The notes: generated from the sequence alone by a model not told the origin. Shown: positions 20,076-29,388, counted from the first letter of the stretch. The stretch is 64,000 nt of DNA from an uncultured Phycisphaerales bacterium (GCA_963755915.1 CAVWLP010000002.1:256001-320000), one strand, 5' to 3'. A program made the numbers and translations.

Positions 20076-20403
20076 AAGTGTGGGCCGCATTCGCCGCCTT
20101 TATTCTTTTGTCTTTTTAAGCTGTTGCTCGGCCTGTCAGTGTCCGCTCTGCATGGGCTGTTGCCATCATTGCGGCAACGCTCTTCCTGCTATCCGTACCT
20201 GGCGGTTTGCCAGTACACCATGGTCTAATACGTCCGTTGCAGGCGGTTCACGCTGACCCAATCTAACCGCCGAACGCTCAAGGGCGCTCATAGGGGAAAA
20301 CGGGCGCGTTACACCGTGGCTCGTCTCTTTCACTTTTATTCCAAGCTCTTTATCCGTCGTCCATCCAGGCTCCAGAAGTTCGGGGACAACCTTGGCCGGC
20401 TTT
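20076..20403 (-). ncRNA. Predicted bridge/seek RNA of IS110 element 1 (boundaries approximate)
   Basis: Target loop at about 20250-20310 and donor loop at about 20172-20240, with guides matching the reconstructed target and the element end. Confidence 0.7.
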
Positions 20404-21543
20404 TTACGCTGCCAGTTTCAAGCCCAGATCCTGCGCTTTGACCCGGCCGGTTTTGATCCGCCACAGGTCCACCGCCAGTTGCCGCGCCAAGGCCACCGCG
20501 GCTTTCTTGCGCATGGCTCTGGCTCCGGGGTTCTCGAAGACCTGCTTCCAGCGCTTCAGACGAAAATACTCCGGCTGGAACTTGGGCAGCAGCCACGCCA
20601 GTTCCACCAGCACCGTGCGCAGTCGGCGGTTGCCATGTTTGTCGATCGACAGATTCATCCGGCTCTGGCCTGAGGAGGATTCTCCAGGGCAAAGCCCGGT
20701 GTAGCTGGCGATCTGCCGGCGGTTCTGGAAGCGATTCCAGTCGACGATCTCACGATCCAGCAGCTCATAGCTGAGGTGTCCGATTCCCTTGATCCGGGCC
20801 GATTCGCGGGACTTGGCCTCCGCGCAGAGCTGGCGGGTCAGTTCATCTCGCTTCTGGTCCATCATCTCTACCATCTCCAGGTCGCGGGCAAGCTCCTTGC
20901 GGATCGGTTCGATCAGTTCTGAGCCGTAGAGTTCTTCCAGCTTTTTCAGCAGCGGCTCACACGCCAGCGGCTCCCACCATTTTCCCGGGCGATGGATGCC
21001 GAGGCTGTGCAGCAGGCTTCGTCCACGGGCGATCCAGCGCTGCCGTTCCTTTCGGTAGGTGTTGCGCTCGCGCCCCAGGCGGCGGTGGATCTCCTGGGCC
21101 ACCGTGGGGACACGCACCAGACGCAGCGCCGTCGTGTTGCCGGCGAGATGCCGGTCCAGACGCGAGAGCAGTTCGGTGGCGTCGATCTTGTCGTTGACTC
21201 TCTTGCGGCCGCGGGACAGACGTTCGGGGGCACAGACCAGGCACTCTACGCCCAGGGCGGTGGCTTCGCGGTGCAACGCGAAGCCGTAGGGACCGGCTTC
21301 GTAGACCATCACCACGCGTTTGGCCAGCGTCAGCTGCTTTTTGAGAAACTCGATGAAGACGGCCGGCGAGAGTTTTTGGGCCGGTTGAATCCCCTGATGA
21401 TCGACCATCCGTGCGAAGGTATATTGCTGGCTGTGGGTATCCACGCCGAGTTTGATCACCTCGTGCGACTGATTGGGCTTCGAGACTCTCTCCCCTCGAA
21501 CTTGGGAGGCCTTGCGGCTACCTTTAGAAGAATTGTGTTTCAT
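20404..21543 (-). CDS. IS110 DEDD recombinase/transposase
   Basis: LGVDTH, VYEAGPYG, NDKIDA, ASYTGLCPGESSSG, KHGNRRLR, AVALARQL. Confidence 0.95.
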   Translation of the reverse strand: MKHNSSKGSRKASQVRGERVSKPNQSHEVIKLGVDTHSQQYTFARMVDHQGIQPAQKLSPAVFIEFLKKQLTLAKRVVMVYEAGPYGFALHREATALGVECLVCAPERLSRGRKRVNDKIDATELLSRLDRHLAGNTTALRLVRVPTVAQEIHRRLGRERNTYRKERQRWIARGRSLLHSLGIHRPGKWWEPLACEPLLKKLEELYGSELIEPIRKELARDLEMVEMMDQKRDELTRQLCAEAKSRESARIKGIGHLSYELLDREIVDWNRFQNRRQIASYTGLCPGESSSGQSRMNLSIDKHGNRRLRTVLVELAWLLPKFQPEYFRLKRWKQVFENPGARAMRKKAAVALARQLAVDLWRIKTGRVKAQDLGLKLAA

Positions 21544-21710
21544 GGTTGTCGGGTTTAGTCGACGGTGGCTAGCCCGACAACCAACATGCCATCTAACCGT
21601 CCAAGGCAAAAGACAGAAGCCGGAGACGGTGGCGCGAAACTCAGGGGCATCTTTTTCGCGTGATTGGGGGCACACGCCTGCGCGGGGCGTTGCCGAGTCT
21701 TTTCTTAGGG

Positions 21711-21845
21711 GGACGGTTGAGAGGAAAAGGACGGGGAGTGGGGTGGGTGCGGGAGGGGCGAGGGGGAAACCCTTGGGGCGCCCTTGCGACTCCTCTCGCG
21801 TGGTTCCCCCTTGCCTCTCCTGCATTGCTTTTAGCATTTTGAATT
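21711..21845 (-). repeat. Palindromic repeat family B, copy 3 (inverted relative to copy 2)
   Basis: Reverse complement GCAATGCAGGAGAGGCAAGGGGGAACCAC...GTTTCCCCCTCGCCCCTCCCGCACCC closely matches copy 1. Confidence 0.85.
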
Positions 21846-21870
21846 TTGTCGCGATGAATTGCATGGCCGA

Positions 21871-22163
21871 CTAGACCTCCATCCCAACCACGGCCGCATC
21901 GAGAATCGCCGCGTTATACGCATCCAGCGGCACGCGCTTTTCGGGATAAAACGGCATCGCCGCCTCGCGGCTCTCCGTAAACGCGATCAGGTCCCCCTCG
22001 GCCGCGCCCACTCGTCGTAAACCACGAGTGATTCACTGCTCTTCCGCGCCTTGCCTGCGAGGCTGAAACGATCCTGCACTTCGACGAGCAGAAAACGCCC
22101 GCCGACGAGCGTTGAATAGAGGGGCTGAAGCGTGACGCGGCCAATGACCTTGCCTACGCGCAT
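21871..22163 (-). CDS. eutN: BMC vertex (EutN/CcmL) protein (apparent frameshift near 22010)
   Basis: MRVGKVIGRVTL...LVVYDE|LGAAEGDLIAFTESREAAMPF...LDAYNAAILD. Confidence 0.8.
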
Positions 22164-22868
22164 GACGCCAGCTCCTTCAGCCGATGCTGGACTTGTTCCG
22201 GAGCGGTTCGCGGCCCGCGCGAAACGCGCGAGCAGATTGCGAATCTGCGGCAGACTTTTGTACGGATATTCCAGGATCAGCACGTTGGCGCCGATGGCGG
22301 TCATCGCCTGATCGACCGATTCGAGGCAGGTGCCCACGATCGCGCGGAGGCTCGAGCAGCGGTTGGCGTAAACGATCGCCTCGGCGGCTGATTTGACGAG
22401 GAGAACGCCGCCGCCGGCCTGGGAGGATTTGATCTGCGACGCGAGGTGCTTGATGACGGCGGTGAGTTGGGTGGGCTCGCTGGTGAGATCGATGGGGGCC
22501 AGCCGCGTTTCGCGCGATTGAGCCGCCAGGGCGGCTTTGGCGGCGCCGCAGGGGCCGTCGCACCACCAGAGAATGGCGCCCTTTACCCCCTCGGCCGGTA
22601 CCCCGGGAGAGGGTTGGGGTGAGAGACCCCCTCCCCTACCCTCCCCCGGAGTACCGGGGGCGGGGGAATTAAGAGTACCAGGGGAGGGGAAATTGGGAGT
22701 ACCAGTGGAGGGTAGAAGAGAGTCGGGCCCGTAACCTACGCTGATGCGCTTGCTGCGGATCCAGTCGGCCGCCAACGGCGTGAGGCGCGCACCGTAGGGC
22801 AGCACGATCTGCCCGTCGCCCGATCCGCGGGCGTGAAGGTCCTGAAGTTGGCGGGCAGTCACGATCAT
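22155..22868 (-). CDS. BMC-associated protein: N-terminal TPLA.D motif plus RpiB/LacAB-like C-terminal domain (probable frameshift near 22215)
   Basis: ARLTPLAADWIRSKRISV; YANRCSSLRAIV...IGANVLILE; alternative-frame end RTAPEQVQHRLKELASCA*. Confidence 0.65.
22586..22712. repeat. REP-like family A cluster inside a coding region
   Basis: Inverted pair of CCCTC.CCCC.ACCCTC.CCCGGAGTACCGGG.G.GGG plus two partial GAGTACCAG.GGAGGG units. Confidence 0.85.
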
Positions 22869-23131
22869 TCCATTTCCTCATCCACGAGCCCGACGACGTA
22901 CCATCGCGCGGGGCTTTTTTCGTTGCCGACATATTCGCGTGCGCCTTTGCCGTCGCTGCTGAGCACGACGATCTGCCCGAGACCTGCGCCCAGGCGATCG
23001 ACCGCTACGAGCACATCCCCCTCGGGCTTTCGATCGGGCCCCAGCACCTGCACGAGCGGCATGCGGAGCCCGACCAGGCTCGGATGTTTCACCGTTGCCG
23101 TCGCGTGGCCGATGACGAGTCCCTGAAGCAT
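22865..23131 (-). CDS. eutN: BMC vertex (EutN/CcmL) protein
   Basis: VIGHATATVKHPSL...AVDRLGAGLGQIVVL. Confidence 0.92.
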   Translation of the reverse strand: MLQGLVIGHATATVKHPSLVGLRMPLVQVLGPDRKPEGDVLVAVDRLGAGLGQIVVLSSDGKGAREYVGNEKSPARWYVVGLVDEEME

Positions 23132-24539
23132 CTAGATCACCCTCAATGCTCGCGTCATCATCACCCGGCGATAACGCGTGAACGTGAGCGGCGTCGTGAT
23201 CCCCTCGCCGGTCGGCGTGGCGATCGAATAGCTCAGATATCCCTCACCCCCCAGTCCCAGCCCCGCCATGCTTGGGCCGTTGACGACAAACAGCGTCGTG
23301 TTCGCCTTGCGGCCAAAGCGCGTGATGGTGTCGAGGTTTTGGCTGTGGATCAGGGCAGTGTGGCGATAGCCATGCTCACTTTCGATGGCCAGTTCCATCG
23401 CCTCGTCGACATTTTTAACGCGCACGAAGGGAACGAACGGCATCATCTGCTCTTCCTGTACAAACGCGTGATCCGCACTGGTTTCGCCGACAAGAAGCTG
23501 CGTAACCGGCGGCACCGAAACCCCGGCCGCCCGCGCCAAAACCGAGGCGTCTTTGCCGACGAAATCCTTGTTCACGTGCGGGTGGCCTTCCTTGTCGGGC
23601 TTGAACGCGGACTTGGTGAGGGCGTCGATCTGCGATGAATTCAGGACGAACCCGCCGGCCATTTTCATCTGTTCGAGAAACTTGTCGAAGACGCTGTCGA
23701 CGCAGAAGACCTGTTTTTCGCCGATGCACAGAAGGTTGTTGTCGTAGGCGGCTCCTTTGACGATCGACGTCGCCGCGTTTTGAAGGCAGGCGGTTTCGTC
23801 GACGACGACCGGCGGATTTCCCGGGCCGGCAACGATCGAGCGCTTGCGCTTTCATGGCCGCTCGCGCCACGCCGGGGCCGCCGGTGATGACCAGCAGCGC
23901 GACCCCGCGATGGTTGAAAAGCTCCTCGGCGCTTTCCAGCGTCGGCGGCAGCACGCAGGTGATGAGATTGTCGATCCCGTATTTCGCGGCGATCTGCTTG
24001 TTATATTCCGTGATCGCATGAGCCGCGCAGTTGGCCCCGCTGGGATGGGCGTTGGCGACGAGCGAATTTCCCGAGGCGATCATGTTGATGGCGTTGGCCG
24101 TCAGCGTGGGAACGCTGTGCGTCACCGGCGTAACCACGCCGATGACACCGAAGGGGGCGAATTCTTCCAGGCACAGGCCGTTGGATCCGCTGGAAGCGTG
24201 GGTCTGCAAATATTCGACGCCGGGCACGAGTTCGAGGATTTGGAGCTTTTCGATCTTGTGATCGAGCCGGCCGACTTTCGTCTCGGCCAACTCCATCGCG
24301 CCCCACTCGCGGGCGTTTTGTTTGGCGATCGACTTGATCAGCTTCACGATGCCGTCGCGATCGTCCATCGAGAGCTTCACGAGCTTCTTCTGGGCCTCGC
24401 CTGCGGCGGCAACGCAGTCGTCGATTTTCGCGTAAACGCCGTGACCTCCGGCGCTGCTTGAAGATGCCGGCGCCGGCCGATCGTCGCCAAGCCGGCGCAT
24501 CACTTCGCTGACCACATCCTGGATAAGCGTTGCGTTCAT
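23132..24539 (-). CDS. CoA-acylating aldehyde dehydrogenase (EutE/PduP type) with N-terminal encapsulation peptide (apparent frameshift near 23845)
   Basis: [56 protein letters not shown]. Confidence 0.9.
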
Positions 24540-24542
24540 GGC

Positions 24543-24872
24543 TTATTTTTCCCCCGTGGCGGAGTAAAACGATTTGCCCGAATAAACCGCCGAGTCGACG
24601 ATCCCGACAATCACCGCGTCGGCCGGCATGTTTTTCGTCTGGTCGGTCATGCGGGCGCTGCTTCCCTGAACGACGAGTACAAGCTGTCCGTCGCCCACGC
24701 CGACGACGTCGATGGCGACGATGGCGCGGCCGGTGTTTCCCAGGCTCGCGGGCGTTGTCGTGTTGGGCTCATACTTCACGTTCAGCGGCTCGACGACCAT
24801 CAGCTTCTGGCCCCCCAGGGCCTTGTCTTTCTTGGTCGAAACCACGTGACCGGTAACTCTTGCGAGGAACAT
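24543..24872 (-). CDS. eutN: BMC vertex (EutN/CcmL) protein
   Basis: MFLARVTGHVVSTKK...QGSSAR...DAVIVGIVD. Confidence 0.93.
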   Translation of the reverse strand: MFLARVTGHVVSTKKDKALGGQKLMVVEPLNVKYEPNTTTPASLGNTGRAIVAIDVVGVGDGQLVLVVQGSSARMTDQTKNMPADAVIVGIVDSAVYSGKSFYSATGEK

Positions 24873-24929
24873 CGGGTTCACCTCATTGGATAGCGCTCCC
24901 CTGCGGGTCGCGGCTAAACGGGCGGATCA

Positions 24930-25199
24930 TCAGCCCATCTTGGCGACGTCGGAATGCGGACGGGCGATGACGTGCACCGAGACGATCTCGCCGACTTTTC
25001 CGCCCGCTTCCGCGCCGGCGTCGACGGCGGCGCGAACGGCGGCCACGTCGCCGCGGAGGGTGATCGCCACCAGCCCGCTGCCGACCTTGTGCTGCTCGAC
25101 GAACTCCACGTTGGCGGACTTCAGCGCCGCATCCAGCGCTTCGACGGCCGCCACGATGCCCTTGGTTTCGATCAATCCGATTGCTTCTGAGTTTGCCAT
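24930..25199 (-). CDS. BMC-H shell hexamer protein
   Basis: AIGLIETKG...DAALKSANV...[11 protein letters not shown]...HVIARPH. Confidence 0.95.
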   Translation of the reverse strand: MANSEAIGLIETKGIVAAVEALDAALKSANVEFVEQHKVGSGLVAITLRGDVAAVRAAVDAGAEAGGKVGEIVSVHVIARPHSDVAKMG

Positions 25200-25220
25200 G
25201 ACTGTTCTCCGAAAAAAATT

Positions 25221-26335
25221 TTAGTTGGCTGTTAAAACCGATTCCGTTTGCAATGCGACGATAAGTTCTTCGTTGGCGGGGACGATCCAGATTTCTCCGT
25301 TCGATTCGACCTTGCTGATGCGCTCTTCCTTCCCGCGCGTCTGGTTTTTCTGCGGATCGAGAACCAGGCCGGCGAAATCGAGGTCTTTGCAGATTGCCTG
25401 CCGCAGCGATGTCGCGTTTTCGCCCATTCCACCGGTGAAGGCGAGCACATCGCACCCGCCGAGGACGACGAGGAACGCCCCGATATAGTGGCGGACAGTT
25501 TCGACGAACGCGTCGATCGCCAGCTTGGCGCGGTTGTCTCCCGCGGCGGCGGTGCGCTCGATGTCGCGCATGTCCGGCGACACGCCGCTCATTCCTAACA
25601 GTCCGCCCTCTTTGCCCAGCCGGCGAAAAATCTCGTCCAGCGAAATTCCCTGCTTCAGCAGCTTCATGATCGCGAAGGTGTCGAAATCCCCGACGCGATT
25701 GTTATGCGGCAAGCCTGACTGCACGGTCATGCCGAAGCTGTTGGCGACGGATTTTCCGCTATCGATCGCGCAGACCGAGCAGCTTCCGCCGAGGTGGCAA
25801 CTGATAATCCGGCGGGCCGAGTCCCGACCCACCAGCTCTGGGACGCGCATCGAGATATATCGATGGCTGGCGCCGTGGAAGCCATAGCGGCGAATGCCCA
25901 GCTTCTCCGTCCACTCGTGGGGGATCGCGTAAATTTGGCGAGACAGCGGAATTGTCTGGTGAAACGCCGTCTCAAACGCCGCCACCTGCGGTACGTTCGG
26001 CAGCTTCTCGCGAAAGGCACGCATCGCCGCGATGTACGGCGGATTGTGCGCCGGCGCAACATCCGCAAACTGCTCCATCGTCGCCAGCACCTCATCCGTC
26101 ACGCGCACGGCCCCGCTGATCGGCCCGCCGTGTACGGCCTTGAAGCCAATGGCGTCGGGTTTATGCGGCAGCGCAGCCATGATCTCATCCAGGCAATCGC
26201 CATGGGTTTTGTGGGGACAATCCTTCTGCCCGATGCGCTCGAAACTGCCTGCGCAAGTTCCGCGCCGCTGGACGCCATGTCCAGCAACTTATACTTGAAG
26301 CTGGTGCTGCCGAGGTTGGCCACAAGAACGAACAT
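25221..26335 (-). CDS. ackA: Acetate/propionate kinase (apparent frameshift near 26250)
   Basis: NLGSTSFKY, VHGG, PAHNP, ETAFH, RRYGFHGASH, CHLGG, FTGGMGEN, ANEEL. Confidence 0.9.
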
Positions 26336-26338
26336 CGT

Positions 26339-26641
26339 TTAGAGCGCCGCGCCGCCGCCACCGGCGCCGTATCCTTCGAGCAGATCCGGATGCGGGCGCG
26401 CGATGACGTGATGCGCCACCAGCTCGCCGACTTTTCCAGCCGCTTCCGCGCCGGCGTCGACGGCGGCCTTCACGCTGCCCACGTCGCCGCGGACGATCGT
26501 CGTTACGAACGCCCCGCCGATCTGGATCGTCTTGATGATCTCCACATTGGCGGCCTTGCACATGGCGTCGGTCGCCTCGACGAGGCCGACCCACCCCTTG
26601 GTCTCAATCAATCCCAATGCCTGACTCGATTTCTCTGACAT
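26339..26641 (-). CDS. BMC-H shell hexamer protein
   Basis: ALGLIETKG...DAMCKAANV...RGDVGSVKAAV...HVIARPH. Confidence 0.95.
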   Translation of the reverse strand: MSEKSSQALGLIETKGWVGLVEATDAMCKAANVEIIKTIQIGGAFVTTIVRGDVGSVKAAVDAGAEAAGKVGELVAHHVIARPHPDLLEGYGAGGGGAAL

Positions 26642-26663
26642 GATCTGGTCCTTGTAAAAAAGA

Positions 26664-26963
26664 TTATTTCTTCGCCGCAGCGGCAGCCTTCGGCTTGGGC
26701 GTCATCCCGACGAGCTCGTCATGAGGCCGGGCGATGACGTGAACGGAAATGACCGTTCCCACGCGTCCCGCAGCTTCCGCGCCAGCGTCGATGGCCGCCT
26801 TCACCGCGGCCACGTCGCCCTTCACAAACGCGGTAACCATTCCGCTGCCGCACTTGTCCCAACCGAGCATCACGACGTTGGCGGTTTTCAACATCGCGTC
26901 GGTTCCCTCGATGAGGGAAACCAGCCCTTTGCATTCAAGAAGACCCAGTGCTTCACTTGCCAT
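26664..26963 (-). CDS. BMC-H shell hexamer protein
   Basis: ALGLLECKG...DAMLKTANV...KGDVAAVKAA...HVIARPH. Confidence 0.95.
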   Translation of the reverse strand: MASEALGLLECKGLVSLIEGTDAMLKTANVVMLGWDKCGSGMVTAFVKGDVAAVKAAIDAGAEAAGRVGTVISVHVIARPHDELVGMTPKPKAAAAAKK

Positions 26964-27007
26964 AAAAAAATCCTTTCGGTGAAATCAGTTCACCCTAGTT
27001 GAGCAGT

Positions 27008-27727
27008 TCACTTGATCAATTCCATGTTCGTTGCCGACTCCAGATCGCAGGCGTTTCCTTCATCCGTGTCGATATGCACTTCCAGGATCACCTTGGGGTG
27101 ATAGCGAACCCTCAGGTTGTGAAACGTCAGCCCGGATGGCCCGGTGATTTTCAGTTTCATTTCGTCGCCGTCTTTCACGCCGTAGAAGGCCATGTCTTCC
27201 GTGGACATATGCACGTGCCGCTGGGCACGGATGACGCCCTTGGAAAGTTGGATCGCGCCGGCGGGGCCAAGGACCGTGCACCCCGGCGTGTTTTCGTGGT
27301 TGCCGCTGATTCGCAGCGGCAGATCGATGCCCAGGTAAATGCCATCGGTGTAGCTGAGTTCGATCTGCGTGTAATCGCGGATCGGGCCCAGGATGCGGAC
27401 ATTGGGGATGATTCGCTGCCGCGGGCCGACGACGGTCACGAGCTGCTCCGAAGCAAATTCGCCCTGCTGGTAAAGATCTTTGAGCTTGGTGAGCTTCGCG
27501 CCGGCGCCGAAAAGAATTTCCAGGTTCGCCTGGCTGACGTGCATGTGCCGGGCGGAAACATTCACTACCAGCGGATGGGGCGGCCCCCCCGCGCCGGACG
27601 GAGCAGAAGCCGATTGCACCCTTTCGCCTGGCGGGTTGATCTGCCCGCGCAGCTTCTGGCGCAGCACTTCCCGGACAAGCCGCTCCACTTCCGAGCGATT
27701 AAGGACCGAACCGCCTGATGCCACCAT
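27008..27727 (-). CDS. pduL: Phosphate propanoyltransferase PduL with N-terminal encapsulation peptide
   Basis: SARHMH, VRILGP, TQIELS.TD, RHVHM, HIDTDEGNA; N-terminal helix RSEVERLVREVLRQKL; GAGGAG RBS. Confidence 0.95.
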   Translation of the reverse strand: MVASGGSVLNRSEVERLVREVLRQKLRGQINPPGERVQSASAPSGAGGPPHPLVVNVSARHMHVSQANLEILFGAGAKLTKLKDLYQQGEFASEQLVTVVGPRQRIIPNVRILGPIRDYTQIELSYTDGIYLGIDLPLRISGNHENTPGCTVLGPAGAIQLSKGVIRAQRHVHMSTEDMAFYGVKDGDEMKLKITGPSGLTFHNLRVRYHPKVILEVHIDTDEGNACDLESATNMELIK

Positions 27728-27732
27728 CTGAA

Positions 27733-27880
27733 CTCCTCATTTCCGATATCGCCATTATTATGCATATTATTCCAGAACTTTCCAATGTTTTTCAGACGGT
27801 CATAACTACTTTTATGTAAGAATGATAGAATCGATGCAATATGATGGATAATCCGATTATGAGATATTATGATTTTGCGA
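27733..27880 (-). promoter_or_regulatory. AT-rich upstream control region of the BMC operon
   Basis: Sharp AT enrichment; ATTATGA repeats at 27856 and 27866; imperfect palindrome 27754-27771. Confidence 0.5.
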
Positions 27881-28093
27881 ACGAGAATCGAAGCCGCGAT
27901 GTCACCCACCGCTGAAAGGAATTTTGTGCATTGTCGGTTTGGCAGCGAGGGTTTTATTCTGAGGGATGGCAATGGCCAGCGATCTTTGCCCCTGGGCTAG
28001 TCGTAAAATCTGGCTGGAAGATTGTCGGGGATGAAGGCTGGCATATTTGATCCACTGGCCTTGATCCATTTTTTGACGCCGATCAGTTCTGAC

Positions 28094-29331
28094 ATGGACC
28101 GTCCGCCTACGACAACGGGTAATTTATCTGCGCTTCATGAAAAGGAAGCGCACCTTCGTCAATTGGTGGAGGAGCTGAAGGGGAGCCAAGACGCGCTAAA
28201 GGCAGCGAAAGAATCGGCTGAAGCCGCGAATCGACTCAAAGACCGTTTTCTTGCGGGACTCAGCCACGAGCTGCGAACGCCCCTGACACCGGTTTTGATG
28301 GCGGTGGCGGCGCTGGAAGCTAATCCCGGCCTGCCGCAATCGGCGCACGATGAACTGGCGCTGATCCGCCGGAATATCGAACTGGAAACCCGGCTCATCG
28401 ACGATCTCCTGGAACTGAGCTGCATCGCCTCGGGAAAGTTTACGCTTCGCAACCAGCGGGTGGTCCTTGCCGAGGTCATCCGGCATGCGTGCGATTCCGG
28501 CGCAAGCTGCTGGAGGGAACCAACGTACGGTTGCACTGCCTGGCAGACTCCGGCCTGGGGGAGATCAATGCCGACCCTGCCCGGCTTGAACAGATTCTCT
28601 TAAACCTGGTCCAGAACGCCGTCAAATTCACGCCGGCCGGGGGAGAGATATTCGTTGCCGCCCAGCGCATCGGCGCAAGCGTGCGGATCAGCGTGCGCGA
28701 TACCGGGGTGGGAATTTCATCGGAAATCCTCGACCGAATCGGCGCGGTGCTTCAGCGCGGGGAAATGGGAATCGCCCGCCCCTTTGGGGGCCTGGGGCTG
28801 GGGCTCTCGATTTGCAAAGCCCTGACAGAGCTTCATCGCGGTAAAATCACCGCGGAAAGTGATGGACCCGGGCAGGGATCGGTGTTTACAATAGACCTGC
28901 CGACGCAGGATGTGACTATGGGCAGCAGCGAATGGGAAGCTGGGGGAAGCAACGCGGCCCAAACCGCAAAATTACGGTTGCTCGTCGTCGAAGACCATGC
29001 CGATACCGCGCGCATGCTCGGCAAGCTGCTGGGTTCGGCGGGGTATGCCGTTAAAACCGCCACCGATGCGGCTGGGGCGCTCGACCTGGCCTCGCGAGAG
29101 ACGTTTGACCTGGTGGTGAGCGACATCGGACTTCCGGACGCGACGGGATACCAGCTCATGCGCGAGATCAAGACGCGCTACGGAATCAGCGGAATCGCCA
29201 TGAGCGGATATGGGATGGATGAAGACGTGCGCAAGAGCCGGGAGGCGGGGTTCAGCGATCATCTGGTGAAGCCGATCAGCTTCGCGCAGCTTGACGAGGC
29301 GATTCACCGGGTCGTTAAAAGCGTTCCATAA
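28094..29331 (+). CDS. Hybrid histidine kinase/receiver (apparent frameshift near 28500)
   Basis: LSHELRTPL, NLVQNAVKFT, DTGVG, GLGLGL, REC domain VVEDH..SDIGLPD..HLVKP. Confidence 0.88.
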
Positions 29332-29360
29332 AAAAGCCCGCGAATATTCGCGGGCTTTTT
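29331..29360. terminator. Bidirectional intrinsic terminator
   Basis: Perfect 30-bp palindrome AAAAAGCCCGCGAATATTCGCGGGCTTTTT between convergent genes. Confidence 0.9.
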
Positions 29361-29388
29361 GTGAGCGAGTCTGAAATTCAACGTAAAT

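Larger units (their letters stand above)
20059..21594 (-). mobile_element. IS110-family (IS1111-type) element 1
   Basis: 12-bp sub-terminal IR ATGTTGGTTGTC at 20064-20075 and 21576-21587; AG core at both ends; TTGACA at right end; long 3' non-coding end. Confidence 0.9.

Noticed and set aside
19886-20077. N-terminal extension of the aldolase
   Set aside because: It is translated repeat and IS-end sequence; there is a good RBS before 19885.
20040-20077. Outward hybrid promoter from the IS right end driving the aldolase
   Set aside because: TTGACA is present, but no plausible -10 lies at 16-18 bp in the flank (AGTGGA).
19948-21845. Repeat B copies as terminal inverted repeats of a larger transposon
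   Set aside because: The true IS ends lie inside them, and a lone copy exists at 14001 without a transposase.
21544-21864. 107-aa N-terminal extension of the IS110 transposase in the ORF track
   Set aside because: It runs outside the element end (21594) through repeat B; the DEDD domain starts after ATG 21543.
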